DNA of 64,000 bases from Octopus sinensis (GCF_006345805.1 NC_043014.1:20708001-20772000); one strand, 5' to 3'; numbered from the stretch's first letter, positions 1 through 12,902 are shown. Numbers and translations: made by a program. The notes: a model not told the origin generated them from the letters alone.

Positions 1-89
1 ACATTTTTCATACTCCAAATTCTTGCAATTACAAATTTTAATGGATTGTACTTCTTTAATTTTTCATCCTTTTTCTTTACAATTCTGGA

Positions 90-160
<71 letters not shown>

Positions 161-1497
161 CATCTTGCCTTTGCACAGCTTCTAACGCTCAGCTGTTCAC
201 TACCAGTGAACTAAGGTAACTCCCCTTATTTTTCGAGCACCATCCGGAGTATTCAAGCGGTTCCAAGCAGTGCTGTTTTCTGCAAGTGCTTTTCCCTTAT
301 TATAGCCTCTATTTGTTCCATGTACTTCTCAAGATTTTTACTCACTGTTCCCAGGGCGCCGACAATTGTTGATACTATTACCACATTTCTCTGTGACCAT
401 AACTGCTTAACCTCCTGAGCTAACCTGTCATATCTATTGACTTTTATTTCTTCCTTATCGCATACCTTGTTGTCAGCTGGGTATACTATATCTATGATCC
501 AGCATCGTTTGCTCTCTTTCTCATTTAACACTATGTCCGGTTTCCTATTCTCTTTCTCATAGTCGCACTGAATCATAAAATTCCGTTTGATCTTTGCATT
601 ATCATTTTCGATGATGGCCTTCGAGTTTATGTTCGTACCACTTTTTACTCTGTCAAGTCCATACCTGTTGCAAAGTGTCCAATGGACAATCCTTGCTATG
701 TTGTCATGATGTCTCTTATATTCTTTCTGGGCCAGTGGCGTACATTGACAGGTAATATGCCATACGGTTTAATCATTTTGTCCACAAATTCTGCTCTTAT
801 CACTTTCTGATATGTTATCGATTCTGTACTTGATTTAATTGGTTCTTAACGCTTGCTCTTCGGCAGCACAGATTAGAGCCTCTGTTTCCGATTTTAAATA
901 ACTTTTAGTCATCCATAGCCATCTTTTTCTTCTGTGTCTTATCTTTAACATCTCGATGAAATTGTCCTCCATTCTTTTCTTTATCCACCTATTTTCAATT
1001 TCATTCATTCCCAGGGGCTTGTACAGTGTTTTATCTTTGCAATCTTCCATCCTGCACAAGCCTGACCTTCTTCCAATAATATTGGTTCTGTGGCATTTTT
1101 TACATGCCATACTATGTTGTTGTTTTTCTGTTCTAATGCTGTGTTTACATCCAATCAGTCCTCTTACCTCTTTTTCTTGGTACATACAGTCTGTCCATGT
1201 CAATTTGGGGGTGGTGTATCCTATATCAAGTCAGCAACTTCCTTGTCTTTCTGTCTATGCTGTTTAGTTCGTCTACTGTCCATGCGATTACCCCTGCTCC
1301 ATATATAAGGAGTGAAACGACCCAGGTTTTGATAGCTTTAATCTTATTCCGTCCGTTTAATTTCTACTTAAAGATCAGTCTCAGTCTGCTCAAGTGCTCC
1401 ACCTTAAATTTTTCTGTCATTTCTTTCTCCATCAATTTATCCATTTCCAATATCCCCAAGTACTTATAGCCCGTCTACATATTTAATTTTGCCTCTC
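161..1497 (-). mobile_element. 5'-truncated R4/Dong-clade non-LTR retrotransposon (RT C-terminus, CCHC region, RLE endonuclease), degenerate
   Basis: Minus-strand peptides YKYLGILE, LKSETEALICAA, RKPDIV..KVNRYDRL..IVGALGTV..LQKTALLGTA; stops and frameshifts; (TTA)n on both sides (about 85-160 and 1500-1558). Confidence 0.9.
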
Positions 1498-1517
1498 TAT
1501 CATTATTTTTATTATTA

Positions 1518-1559
<42 letters not shown>

Positions 1560-1560
1560 T

Positions 1561-2340
1561 TTTTTTTCTTCTTTCAAATTTTCTTCCATTTCTTGCCGAG
1601 TGTCTTCCCGACTCCTAGGGCAAAGAAACTCATAGTGTATATTGGTAGGCCATTAAACCAAACTCAGTAGTTCGTTAATTTAAAAAAATTTTTTTTTTAA
1701 GTTAAATTAAAATGCATGAGCAGCAACAGTTCTCACATCGACAATGCTCTTCTCAATACGTGTGATGTACCAGTTAAGACAATCTTTTGCACTTCTTGCA
1801 GGGATGGTAAGCCAGGGATCATTTCTAAAGATATCCCTCCTCACATTTGCTAATTTGTTCTCGTCCAAATAGGGCCTACTGTCTTGATTCCGTGTTCTCC
1901 ATATACTGTAAGAGTTTGCGGTGTGTCTCTCTTGAGATGGCCTACCTAATGCATAGTAATAAGCGTATATTACTTCTTTATACTCTTCTCGGGTCCATTT
2001 GTTCCGCTTACATTTTTCTTTCTGTGGTGGTTGTGGTGGTGAACTTGGAGGGCTCGAGTTGGGGGATTTCCCGTTCAAGTGACCATCCATGTCCGTATTC
2101 GGAGAAGAGTTTGTGCCAGTTGATGACTTTTCGATCCCAGGCTGGCTCTTCCCTGGGGGACGCGCTTCCAGATTAACCATAGGACAAGCGATTTGGTGTA
2201 CTGATTTAGTTTTCCTTTTAGTTTCCAAAAACATTTTGGTGCTACGATAATGTTATCATTTTTTTAGCTTTGATTGGCTCGTGGGGAGACGGCCATCATT
2301 GCCGTTACAATTATAATCGTACCATTATAGCAGCCGTAGT
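1561..2340 (-). mobile_element. Internally deleted R4/Dong element: ORF N-terminus fused to the last codons and 3' UTR
   Basis: ORF 1707-2234 (KWTREEYKEVIYAYYYA..RRDIFRN) joins at about 1825 to a segment encoding MIPGLPSLQEVQKIVLTGTSHVLRRALSM*; this segment and the 3' UTR match 37776-38030. Confidence 0.8.
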
Positions 2341-2485
2341 CGGCTTATTATTGTTATTATCATCACCATTACCATCACTATCATCATTATCACCACCATT
2401 ACCATCATCATTATCATCATCACCATCACCACCATTTATCATCATCATTATTATTATTATTATTATTATTATAATTATCATTATA

Positions 2486-2538
<53 letters not shown>

Positions 2539-2557
2539 CATTATTATTATTATTATT

Positions 2558-3100
2558 GAGTGAGCATGCCATCAAAGTGACACTGGGGTAAAATATACGA
2601 AGCCCAGTATACCCATCATGACTACCCGTCTGATAAGGGTACACCAGGCACATGCATCACAACCATATGTGCGCGACATGGTGATATATCAAGATAAACA
2701 GCACATGACCTTGCAGGTGGAGCCCAGTTAGAATTTTCTTCAGATCGAGTAACCCATCCCGCTCAAACGGTCCCTGAATAAGGGTTGTTTAAGGACGTTG
2801 AACAAAACACCCATGTTTCCAGAGGTGAATTATTCAAACCCCAAAGAATCCTTCTCAACACATGGCTATGATGCTCCCCCACTACTTCTGCTCGTGATCA
2901 GAGATGCACATATCGTCAGCCACTAAGGGACATGCTCAACTGGTTAAGGTCAAACAACTGACAAGCAAATCTGTGGTATTGAGCAGAATATTTGCTGTAG
3001 CCCATCTTTTATACCAAGACAAAACAATGTACATGATAACACTTCCAATCAGTTAAGATCAGAAGCCATGAGAGCCACTGCCTGGTACTGCATCAGGGCA
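2558..3100 (-). mobile_element. About 540-bp non-coding retroposon (family C) flanked by (TAA)n
   Basis: Homologous copies at 37073-37313, 52660-53320 and 29090-29390; minus-strand end CACTC followed by (AAT)n; no ORF. Confidence 0.75.
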
Positions 3101-3113
3101 TTTATTATTATTA

Positions 3114-3157
<44 letters not shown>

Positions 3158-3327
3158 CATTATTATTATTATTATTATATTATTATTATTATTATTATTA
3201 TTAAGGGGTGGATTGTCAGAATCGTTAGAGCGTCGGACAAAATTCCTGTGGTAATTGCTCCGGCTAAATCAAAACCAAATGTTGTTATTGCTATTTTCTT
3301 TGACACTGGCATTGTAATTCTTATTGC

Positions 3328-3660
3328 TACGAGGGCGAATCAAAAAGTATTTAGGCCAGGTATAATTACCAACACAGGAACATGTATCATACATCAAAAT
3401 GAAGCTTGTCCTCTGTGGATCAAATCCGTACTTCTCGAGGTAGTCACCGTTTCTCTCAATAGCAATGTTCCACCTTCGAATGAGAGCATGCATCCCTGCT
3501 CCATAAAATTCTGTTGACTGTTCTTTGAGCCACTTCTTCACTACAGTTTTCACTTCCTCGTCAGTGGAATAATGTTTGCCTCTCAAACCCTCTTTCACAA
3601 GGCCGAAGAGATGATAATCTGAAGGCGCTAAATTATGTTGAGAAGTATGCGGTAACTCGA
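3328..3660 (-). mobile_element. Mariner transposon 3' fragment
   Basis: Peptide MKEGLRGKHYSTDEEVKTVVKKWL..RRWNIAIERNGDY, preceded by an APSDY-like motif; TIR-like TACGAGGGCGAATCAAAAAGT at 3328. Confidence 0.85.
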
Positions 3661-3844
3661 AGATGTAGTCAATACACTGTGTTGTTATTTCGATTTGGAT
3701 TGTTATTTCTTTAGCATTATTTTATATTGCCATTATTTTATTTAGTCCCACCCTTTTACACAATGCTAAAAATCCACCACCAAAACCTCAATTCTGTGTA
3801 TGTGTGTGTGCAGATATATATGTGTACGTGTGTGTACGTATGTG

Positions 3845-3931
3845 TAGGTATGTCTATATGTATATATGTGTGTGTATGCATGTATGTATGTATGTATGTA
3901 TGTATGTAATATGTATGTATGTATGTATGTA

Positions 3932-3962
<31 letters not shown>

Positions 3963-4002
3963 TGTATGTATGTATGTATGTATGTATGTATGTATGTATG
4001 TG
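3845..4002. repeat. (ATGT)n microsatellite
   Basis: Direct reading. Confidence 0.95.
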
Positions 4003-4284
4003 TTTGTGTTGTGGCTTCTACTATCCTGAACATTTTGGACCCTTGTGACAAATGCAAGAAGTGTCTATTATTGCTCTTTTTATAACTGCTAAATTAAAAT
4101 AAGCAGTAGCGCGTCGGCTGCGGACGAAATGCTTTGTATTTAGTAATGGCGTTTTAAATTGTGTTTAAATTTTAAATCTCTGAAGAACTTTTGGCTTTGA
4201 TAATATAAGTGTACGTAACTGACTTTACCCGATCCTTTTAAACATTTGTGCTTTTTGCGCTTCTAAGTGACCATTATAATAGTG

Positions 4285-4885
4285 ACTAAGGCAGCGAACT
4301 GGCAGAATCGTTAGCATGCTGGACGAAATGCTACGTTCTGAGTTCAAATTCTTCCGAGTTCTACTTTGCCTTTCATCCTTTCGGGGTCGATGTAATAAGT
4401 ACCAGTTGAACACTGAGGTCGATGTAATCGACTCATCCTCACCTCCCACAAGCTGCCCTTCTGGTAAAAATTTGAAATAATTATCATAACAGTGACTGAA
4501 AGCGATGAGCTGGCAGAAACGTTAGCACGTCGGGCGAAATGCTTAGCGGTATTTCGTCTGCCGCTACATTCTGAGTTCAAATTCCGCCGAGGTCGACTTT
4601 GCCTTTCATCCTTTCGGGGTCGATTAAATAAGTACCAGTTACGCACTGGGGTCGATATAATCGACTTAATCCGTTTGTCTGTCCTTGTTTGTCCTCTCTG
4701 TGTTTAGCCACTTGTGAGTAGTAATGAAATAGGTATTTCGTCCGTCTTTATGTTCTCAATTCAAATTCCGCCGAGGTCGACTTGGCCTTTCATCCTCTCG
4801 AGATCAATTGATCAATAGAATAAGTTCCTGTTCGACTATCCCCTCCCACAAATTTCAGCCCTTGTGCCTATAATAGAAAGGATTA
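4285..4885 (+). mobile_element. Cluster of three tRNA-derived SINE family A copies
   Basis: GAGCTGGCAGAAWCGTTAGCA (A-box-like) ... GAGTTCAAATTCC (B-box-like) ... GGTCGACTTTGCCTTTCATCC body, repeated more than 15 times in the window. Confidence 0.85.
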
Positions 4886-4888
4886 TAA

Positions 4889-7047
4889 TACTGGTCAACA
4901 AAATTAAATGTATTATACTCATTATGAATGCAAACCAACTTCTTTAGATTAATTTTTCATGCTGATTTCAATACGTCACTCCATTTGTATACAGTACGTA
5001 TCAATTTTTCAGTGGATACATGCAAATATTTACATATTTGTATATAGGAAATCATTAACGTAATAAGGACATGTTATTTTTAGAAAGTAAATGAGTTTAT
5101 TGAGTGAAAGATCATCACTATCATTCTACAGCAGCAAATTTAGAAACATTGTGTTATGGATTTCATGCGGTGTTCCTGATATGGTCGATCATGGTAAAGT
5201 CTCTAGCAGTAGTCAACCAGCATACTGTCATTCCAGAAGCCTTAGTACCGTTTCTCCATAATACTAATGTCCTGGTGAAATCTTGCACCATGTTCATCAG
5301 ACACTGCTCCAAGGTTACCTGCGAAGAAATCCAGATGGGATTTCAGTGACATGCAACAATCCATTGCTGAGTAGATTCTTGACGCCATCTTTGTAGTCCA
5401 TTACCTTCTTGTTGCCAAAGAAATTCTCATAGATCAAATTGAAAGCATTCCAAGCAGGCAGTTTCAGTTCATTCAGTGTTGTCTTGAAGTTGAGATCTTT
5501 GAGTACTTCTCTAATTTGGGGTCTAACAAAGCTATCCTATTTCAACTTCACCTGTGTGACTTTGGGAAACTTTTCTCTAGCATTTCTCTTTCCTAGTGTC
5601 TGTACAAACTCTTTCATCAGTCCTAGCGTTATGTGCAAAGGAGACAATAGGATATTACATGGGTCGACAGGAGGTGTATTCTTGATGCTAGACAGTCCTG
5701 GCTGGTATGGTGTTCTTGTCTGCCAGTTTGATTCCGAATAATGCTTGTCAGTTGTCCGACAATCCCATAGACATAAAAACAACAGTATTTTGTGAAACCT
5801 GACTGCATTCCCATTAACATTCCAGTGACTTTTAAATCTTCACATATTTTCCATGAGTATCTTTCATAGGCAATGGCATGAAGTAAAAGTTCCATATTTT
5901 CATGTGATTCATGAAGATGAATGGAGTGTGCAATAGGATCAAGATTTTGTGATAAACATTCGATAAGTCCATCGATTTTACTGCAAAAGCAAAGCGGTCC
6001 TTCAACAGAAAAATACGCTTGTAGAACCACGTTTCTCTACCGGAAATAGGTTATATGAACAACGTGAAGATACTTCTTCATTCTTGATACCAACAGTTCT
6101 GCTTTATCTTTTGAGAAGGATAGGTCTCTGACAAGGTCATTCAGTTCAGCTTAGGAAAATTTCTGAGGTTCAAAGCTATCGTCACCAGCCACGTAATCTT
6201 CCTCAGCAGTACCATATTGACAGTCAGCATTATCACATGATGTTTCAATACCATCACCTGGTGGAACTGGAATTGGCAGACTTTCATTGTAAGACACAGT
6301 TCTCGTGCAGAATCCAAATTAGGATGCACAGTTTTGTGTTTATTCTTCATAGAGAGTCCTGTGATATTTACTTTGCAAAAATAACAGTCATTAAAATGGT
6401 CTTTCGGCTCCCTCCATATCATTGGAATCGCAAAAGGTATAGGCTTCTTATCATTTTTTAACCAGTCACGTAAGCCATTTGAGCAAGCTGAGCAGATAAA
6501 ATATGGTGCCCATAACTTGTCCTGATCTCCAAGAAGACAGTCAAAGTATAGCTCATAAATCTTCTTGATCTTTGGTGTTATTGTACGTTTTTGAGCTTTC
6601 ACAATAAATTGACAGAAATAACAAAACACATTAGGACGATTTCTACACAAGGGAATATACAAAAACAGTTATACTTATATTGAATCTGAGATGATGAAAT
6701 ATTTCTTCAGACCAATTATAACTGGACAAGTTGAGATGTTGAAATACCTATTTCATCAGACAAAATTTGGTTAGTTAATTTAAGATGATGAAATATTTCA
6801 TCTAAACTATGCAGCAATGAATAATGTAGTTTATTTTACTGGTATGTTTCCATGATGTAAATGAAATACATGCATACACGTCATTAATTGAAATTTCTAT
6901 ATAATGCATGAGCTAAAACCAACAACCTTTCTCATCTTGAAACCTGTACGTGGTGTCAAAAAACTAATTGTATATTTGAAATCAGCATTAAAAATTACAC
7001 TAAGTACACCTTGATATATGCTTGATGAAAATACTTGTTGACCAATG
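4889..7047 (-). mobile_element. Degenerate DNA transposon, Chapaev(3)-like (CMC superfamily), both ends present
   Basis: TIR remnants TACTGGTCAACAA (4889) and TTGTTGACCAATG (7035-7047); peptides CRNRPNVFCYFC, CSACSNGLRDW, MIWREPKDHFNDCYFC, MQSGFTKYCC, PLHITLGLMKEFV, FHQDISIMEKRY. Family assignment is from recalled motif similarity and is less certain than the transposon call. Confidence 0.75.
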
Positions 7048-7059
7048 TTATAATAGTGA

Positions 7060-7640
7060 CTTGATTGGCAGAATTGTTAGAACATCAGATAAAATACCTT
7101 GCGGCATTTATTCCAGCAGTTTTACGTTCCAAGTTCAAATTTTTCCACACCCTGATGTCACCTTTTTCCTTCCTTCCACCAGTCTAATAACATAATGCCA
7201 GTCAAACACTCCAGTTACTATAAGCTGGAGCCTCTTGTTCCAAAATTTCTTATAACGATTAAGGCGGTGAGCTGGCAGAATTGCCTAGCACGCCGGGAAA
7301 AATGTTTGGCAGCATTTCGTTCGTCCTTACGTTCTGAGCTCAAATTCCGCCGGGGTCGACTTTGCCTTCCATCCTTTTGAGGTCGATAAAGTAAGTAGCA
7401 GTCGAGAATATGGATCGACGTAATCGATTTACCCCTCCCCCGAATTTGCTCACTTGCAATAAAATTTGAAACCATTATTATAATGATTAAGGTGGCGTTA
7501 GCAGGCCGCAAAATTGCTTAGCGGCATTTCGACCGTCTTTACGCTCGATGAAATAAGTACCTGTTGAGCACTGGGGTTGCTATAATCAACTAGTCCCCTT
7601 CTCCAAAGTTTCAGTCCTTATCCTTCACGTAAGAAAGTAT
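7060..7640 (+). mobile_element. Cluster of three SINE family A copies
   Basis: Same A/B-box and body motifs as 4495-4720. Confidence 0.8.
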
Positions 7641-7879
7641 TACTATAATGATTGCTATCATCATCGACGTCACCATTATCATTATTAATTTCAGCACATT
7701 TTAAGCATAATTGTTAGAAACATTACCATGCGCATCAGGATTATAGTAAATATTTACTGAGATATCACTCAAGTACTTGGTCTATTTGTTCAACTGTGAC
7801 CACACCCAATATTTTATGTTTGTACGCTAACGTCAGAAATTACTCATTATCGTCAATATCATATTCACCATTTGAATCA

Positions 7880-8400
7880 TGGTTTGGCAAAAATCGTTAA
7901 AGCTCAGGAAAATGGCTTGTGATATTTGTTTCGGCACTTTAGCTTCTTAGTTCAAATACCGTCTTGGTCAACTTTGCCTATCAACCTTTCAGGGTCTATA
8001 AAACAAGTACCTGTGCAGCACAGCGGTCGATGTAATTGACTTCCCCCTCCCCTTAAAATTGCTGGCCTTGAACCAAAATTAGAAAGAATTATCATTATTG
8101 CAGGTGTATTATTTATTAAATAAAGAGATCATTACTAATAAATGAAAATCATTACTTCTCTTAATTAAGAAATTGTTATAACTATTGATTTCAAATTTTG
8201 GGACATTGTCAAGTTTTAAAGGAGGTGGGTAAGTCGATTACATTGATCGCAGTGTTCAGCTGGAATTTATTTTATAGACCCCGAAAGGATGAAAAAGGAA
8301 GTCGACCTGGGCGAAATTTAAACTCAAGACGTAAAAACGGATGAAATGCCGCTAAAAATTTCTGCCCGGCGTGGTGATGACTTTGCCAGGCTGTCGCCCT
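7880..8400. mobile_element. Convergent SINE A pair (7880-8090 plus, 8170-8400 minus)
   Basis: Second copy is the reverse complement of the family consensus. Confidence 0.8.
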
Positions 8401-8529
8401 AGAAATTGCTCTAATTATAATAATAATAATTATTATTATTATTATTATTATTAGTTGACTTCTATTGTTGTCGCGTATGGTGGCTGTGAACCTGCTACCA
8501 AAATATATAAACTTACAAGATTGACTAGC

Positions 8530-9350
8530 TCTGAGGACGATATGTTTGTTTAAATGGATTCACTGGAAGATGTCACCAAATTGTAGAAAGACCTAGAAAA
8601 GAAATTCCGTACTAAATGTTCAACTTACTACACAGAACTAAGAAAAGCCCCGAGCAATATATAAAGGCTCTATTTTAGACATAAAAATTCAGATAGAGAT
8701 CAACAGATATCTGTTTACACAAAAGGTACGAATAAACGCATATACTTACATTGAAACAGCGCATATCCACAACTATACAAATGTCAACGATAAAATCCTT
8801 CTTTCGACCAAGCGTTCTGTTTGTCCCCACAAACGACGCACGAGACAAAAATCCCTCTGAACATAAACAAATACGAATCGACAATGAATATTTCGAGCCT
8901 GCCGAGACTGATAGGAGAGAGGAAGGAAGTTGCCCTCTGGCCGGATACCGCACCCGGAAGCATGCAAACAAAGCTATGTAGGAAAACGTTAATGGACAAC
9001 GAATTTATAATCTACAGAATTCCCCGTAATAAAGTCGATACATAATGATGGCAGCAATGCTCGTACTATATAGCATAATGCTAAAATAAACACACAATAT
9101 ACTCTAGTCACAAAAGCAAACAGCTAAATGGTGTACAGCTTTAAAAGTTAGTAATCAAATTGTGGCTGCATTGGATTCCCCAATCATTCTCAGCTCTATC
9201 TGCAATAAAGAAGCAGAAACAAACGCTAACATAGACTTGGTTTTAAAATGCGATTATGAAGGTATAGAACCGCTGAACAAACGGCAAGTCATAAAAGATA
9301 AACAGCAATCTTTCGAGAAAAATCTAAGTAGAGCACAATATTACTTCCAA
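8530..9350 (+). mobile_element. Penelope-like element RT C-terminal/thumb relic
   Basis: Frameshifted peptides DDMFV, LDIKIQI..SVYTKGTNKRIYL, ISTTIQMSTIKSFFRP resemble PLE RT motifs (FLD..I, VYRK.T...YL, K.S.I.S...R). Confidence 0.55.
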
Positions 9351-9559
9351 TTTATCATGTGTATGTTCATATATATATACATATATATTTATATGTACGT
9401 ATATATGTATGTATAAATATATGTATGCATACACACACAAATGCACATATATATATGTGTGTTTATATATAACGAAAGCGCTCACACCCTAGAAAAAATT
9501 CTCAAAAAAAGTAACTAACATCCTCATGAAAGATTTCATGATATATTTTTTTTAATCTC

Positions 9560-11280
9560 CTAGGTATAACTACATCCGGTAGTGGGACTTTGGGGCCCTG
9601 GTTTCAGGGTTTGAGGAGTGTGGAACCACCTCTTAGCCACTATTGTTCCCAGGTCTACACTGGCCACGAGTGGTAGTATCTGTAAGGGTCCCAACTATGG
9701 GTTAAGTAGCAACCCGCGACTGGTGGGGAGACCGGTAGAAAGTAGTCGCCGTATTCTCTGCGTGGCGTAAAAAGCGACTTAAAGAGGTGGGAGCGAAGGG
9801 ACTGGGAATCCACTCCTCTAGTAACTCTGTTTGCTAAAAAGACAACCAGAAAAAGTCAAGAGGGCGGGAGAAGGTTAGCACCAAATCCTACCCTAGTACT
9901 AGGGTCATAGAATGAACGTGGGTGCAGTACAAGTGAGGTAACGAGGAGAGAGATAGGGAGTGTGATGATGAGGAGAAGAATGGGTGTGCTTGCATTGAAC
10001 GAACCTAAGATGGAAGGTAAGGGAGAGAACCAGTTTAGTGATGTGACTGGATGAGTGTCGAGAGTGGGAGAGTAGGGGCTCGTGAGGGAGTGGCATTGCT
10101 GGTGAGTGAGCGTGTGCAGGAGAATGTGATAAAGTGGAGGGAAGTGTCTTCTGGGTTAATGTGAGTTAAGATAAGGTGATGAGGAAAGATGTGGGTGTCT
10201 TTTGGCGCATATGGTCCAGGATGTGAACGGAACGAGGAAGAAGTAGAGGATCTCTGGAAGCTATTGACCGAGTGTGTGGATAGGGTAGGGAAAAGTGACT
10301 ATGTGATAGTGTTGGGTGATTTGTATGCGCGAATGAAAAATGAAGTAGAAAATGTAGTAGGTAAATATGGAGTTCCCGGTCGGAAAAGCAACTGAGGAGA
10401 CTGGCGGTAGAGTTTGGAAGATTGTGTGAGAGGAGGAAACTGAAAGTGAATGTAGCTAAGCGTAAAGTGATGAGATGTTCGAGAGATGGAACGGCTGGTA
10501 GGACGAATGTGAGTAGAATTGGTGAGATGGAGGTGTTTATAAGTATCTGGGATCACATGTGACGGTGCATGGCGGGGTTGGCTGAGGTGAGATATAGAGT
10601 CAGGGAGGAGAGTAAGATACTTGGAGTTGTGAAAAATATGATGAGAGATAAAAGGTTGAGTATGAAAGCGAAAAGAGGTGCGTATGAGAGCGTGATTGTG
10701 CAAACAATGTTATATGGTGCAGAAATGTGGGGCCTGAGAGAGGCGGAAAGGAGGCGACTAGATGTGTTTGAGATGAGATGTTTGAGGGCTATGGTTGGTG
10801 TGACACGGATGGAAAGGATGAGGAATGAGGTGGGACAAAAGCGAGCAGGAATGAGAGAAGATCTATGTACCAGAGTAGATAGACGAATATTGAAGTGGTT
10901 TGGCCACATGAAGGGGATGGATGAGGGTGATGAAGGCAGAAGTGGTAGGTAGCAGAATCAGAGGCAGACCTCGGTTTGTGTGGATGGATGGAGTGAAGAA
11001 AGTTTGGTAGCTAGTGGTGTTGGAGAGAGAGAGGCAAGAGAGTTTATAAATGCTTGGAGAATGTTTGTGGACGGATGTGTGAATTGATGTTGCTCAAAGT
11101 GATGCGGAACTAGCATGATGCAGCGGGGGAAAAGCAGCATATGCTGTCGGGCCCCGCTGCTGATATCGAGGGTTACTTTCTATGCCTTCACCCAAGCTGA
11201 GAAATCAATGGAATGCCTGGTGTGTGTCTTGTTGTGGCTACCCGCCCCTATGGGGAATAAGTCTTGATAAATAAATAAAA
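9560..11280 (+). mobile_element. RTE-clade LINE, internally deleted (5' UTR, APE endonuclease, RT C-terminus, 3' end)
   Basis: APE peptides AYGPGCERNEEEVEDLW..VIVLGDLYAR..VVGKYGVPG jump at about 10385 to LKVNVAKRKVMRC, YESVIVQTMLYGAEMW, LKWFGHM, RGRPR; A-rich end near 11280. Confidence 0.85.
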
Positions 11281-11585
11281 ATTTAATAATATTTAATCGG
11301 CTTAACATTTCAAAAACTGTACTGAGTAATCCTCATAGACTTTCATATATATATATATATACAGTTGAAACATTCCTGTCACAACTTGGGACCTTGAAGA
11401 CTGTTAAAATGCAAGAAAGTATACTAGTGCCTTAATATTTGATATTCAATATTTCTATTCAATAAGACAATCAATACTTCATTTCATTTTACTATATATA
11501 CTATTTATACTATATATTCTATATTCTACATTAATATTATAAAGAATATAAATAAAACATAAAAAACAGGCCGAGTTCTTTGAAT

Positions 11586-11635
<50 letters not shown>

Positions 11636-12324
11636 TATATAAGCTTTATGAAGAAAATTTCTTCTTTCATGCATACCATATTCAAGATGCCACTGTTTTA
11701 TTTTTTTATTAACCACTTTTATTTTATTCCCATTAGCCCTTCATATGTAGTTTATAAGAAGAAAATACCTTTCTCCAACGAAATTTTTATGCCTTTTTTT
11801 CTCTTTCAAGTACTTTGTCATGACGCTTTTTATAGTTGTATTTTATACTAGGCAGAATGGATCATTTTCTACTTGTTATACTTCCGATATAGTCTTTACG
11901 CGTTTAAACATACGCTCACCAACCAGAAACAATATTTGTATATTAATTTTTGAAGTGTATTTTGTTTTTACTCGAGCATCCATTTGTATTCTGTATTTCG
12001 TAGATTTCTATGTAAGATGATTGTGTAACCAAATAATCTTTCTTCAATCCAGAAACGTTTCGTGCATTGTGTAATGTTCTGCAGCAGCTTACAAATGCTT
12101 AAGCAGACAGCGAGAAAATTTCGTACATGAATGTACAACACATCCTTACATTGAAATGTAAATATTAATTTAGTTATCTATTGTGCAGGTTTGCGGCTAC
12201 GTATCAAAAACACTGAGCGCACAACATCCTATCACGATACCAACAGAAATTTTAGGGGGATATAAAAATATCGATTTCAAATTTTGACACAGGGACAGTC
12301 CAGTGGTCATCTATAACTTATTTT

Positions 12325-12603
12325 ATCGACCCCGAAAAGATAGAAGGTAAAGTCGACCTCGGTGGAATTTGAACTCAGAACGTAAAAACAGACGAAATGC
12401 AGTTGAGCATTTTGCCCGGAGAGGTAATGGATCTGCCAGCTCACCACCTTACAGATACACTAGAACATCGTCAGCATGAAGACACAGACTGATAAATATG
12501 TGTGTGTAGTTGTGTGTGTGTGTGTGTGTGTTACACACATATGTAAATAGTTGTTTGTATGCGTATGTGTATGTATATATATGATACATATAGTATATGT
12601 ATG

Positions 12604-12659
<56 letters not shown>

Positions 12660-12902
12660 TAATAAATAAAATATATGCATACATACAAACATATATGTAC
12701 GTACCTACATCTACATGTATAACACACATATTTATCAGTCTGTGTCTTCACGCTGACGATGTTCTAGTGTATCTGTAAGGTGGTGAGCTGGCAGATTCAT
12801 TAGCTCTCCGGGCAGAATGCTCAACCGCATTTCGTCTGTTTTTACGTTCTGAGTTCAAATTCCACCGAGGTCGACTTTGCCTTCTATCCTTTCGGGTTCG
12901 AT
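12325..12902. repeat. Local inverted duplication of a SINE A 5' part plus about 55 bp of flank around a microsatellite spacer
   Basis: Arms 12325-12505 and 12722-12902, about 8 mismatches in 181 bp, sharing non-consensus SINE substitutions. Confidence 0.9.

Noticed and set aside
2240-2340. Possible HDV-like ribozyme at the 5' end of the mini-Dong (CGU-CUCCCC-ACG; AUGAUG/CAUUAU)
   Set aside because: P1, the GG of P1.1 and the catalytic C cannot be placed
9570-9720. Possible HDV-like ribozyme in the RTE 5' UTR (GGGACUU/GGGUCCC)
   Set aside because: No P3/L3 or J4/2 arrangement found
12045-12110. GAAACGUU with a GCAUU/AAUGC stem on the minus strand
   Set aside because: No CUGANGA core and no helix I
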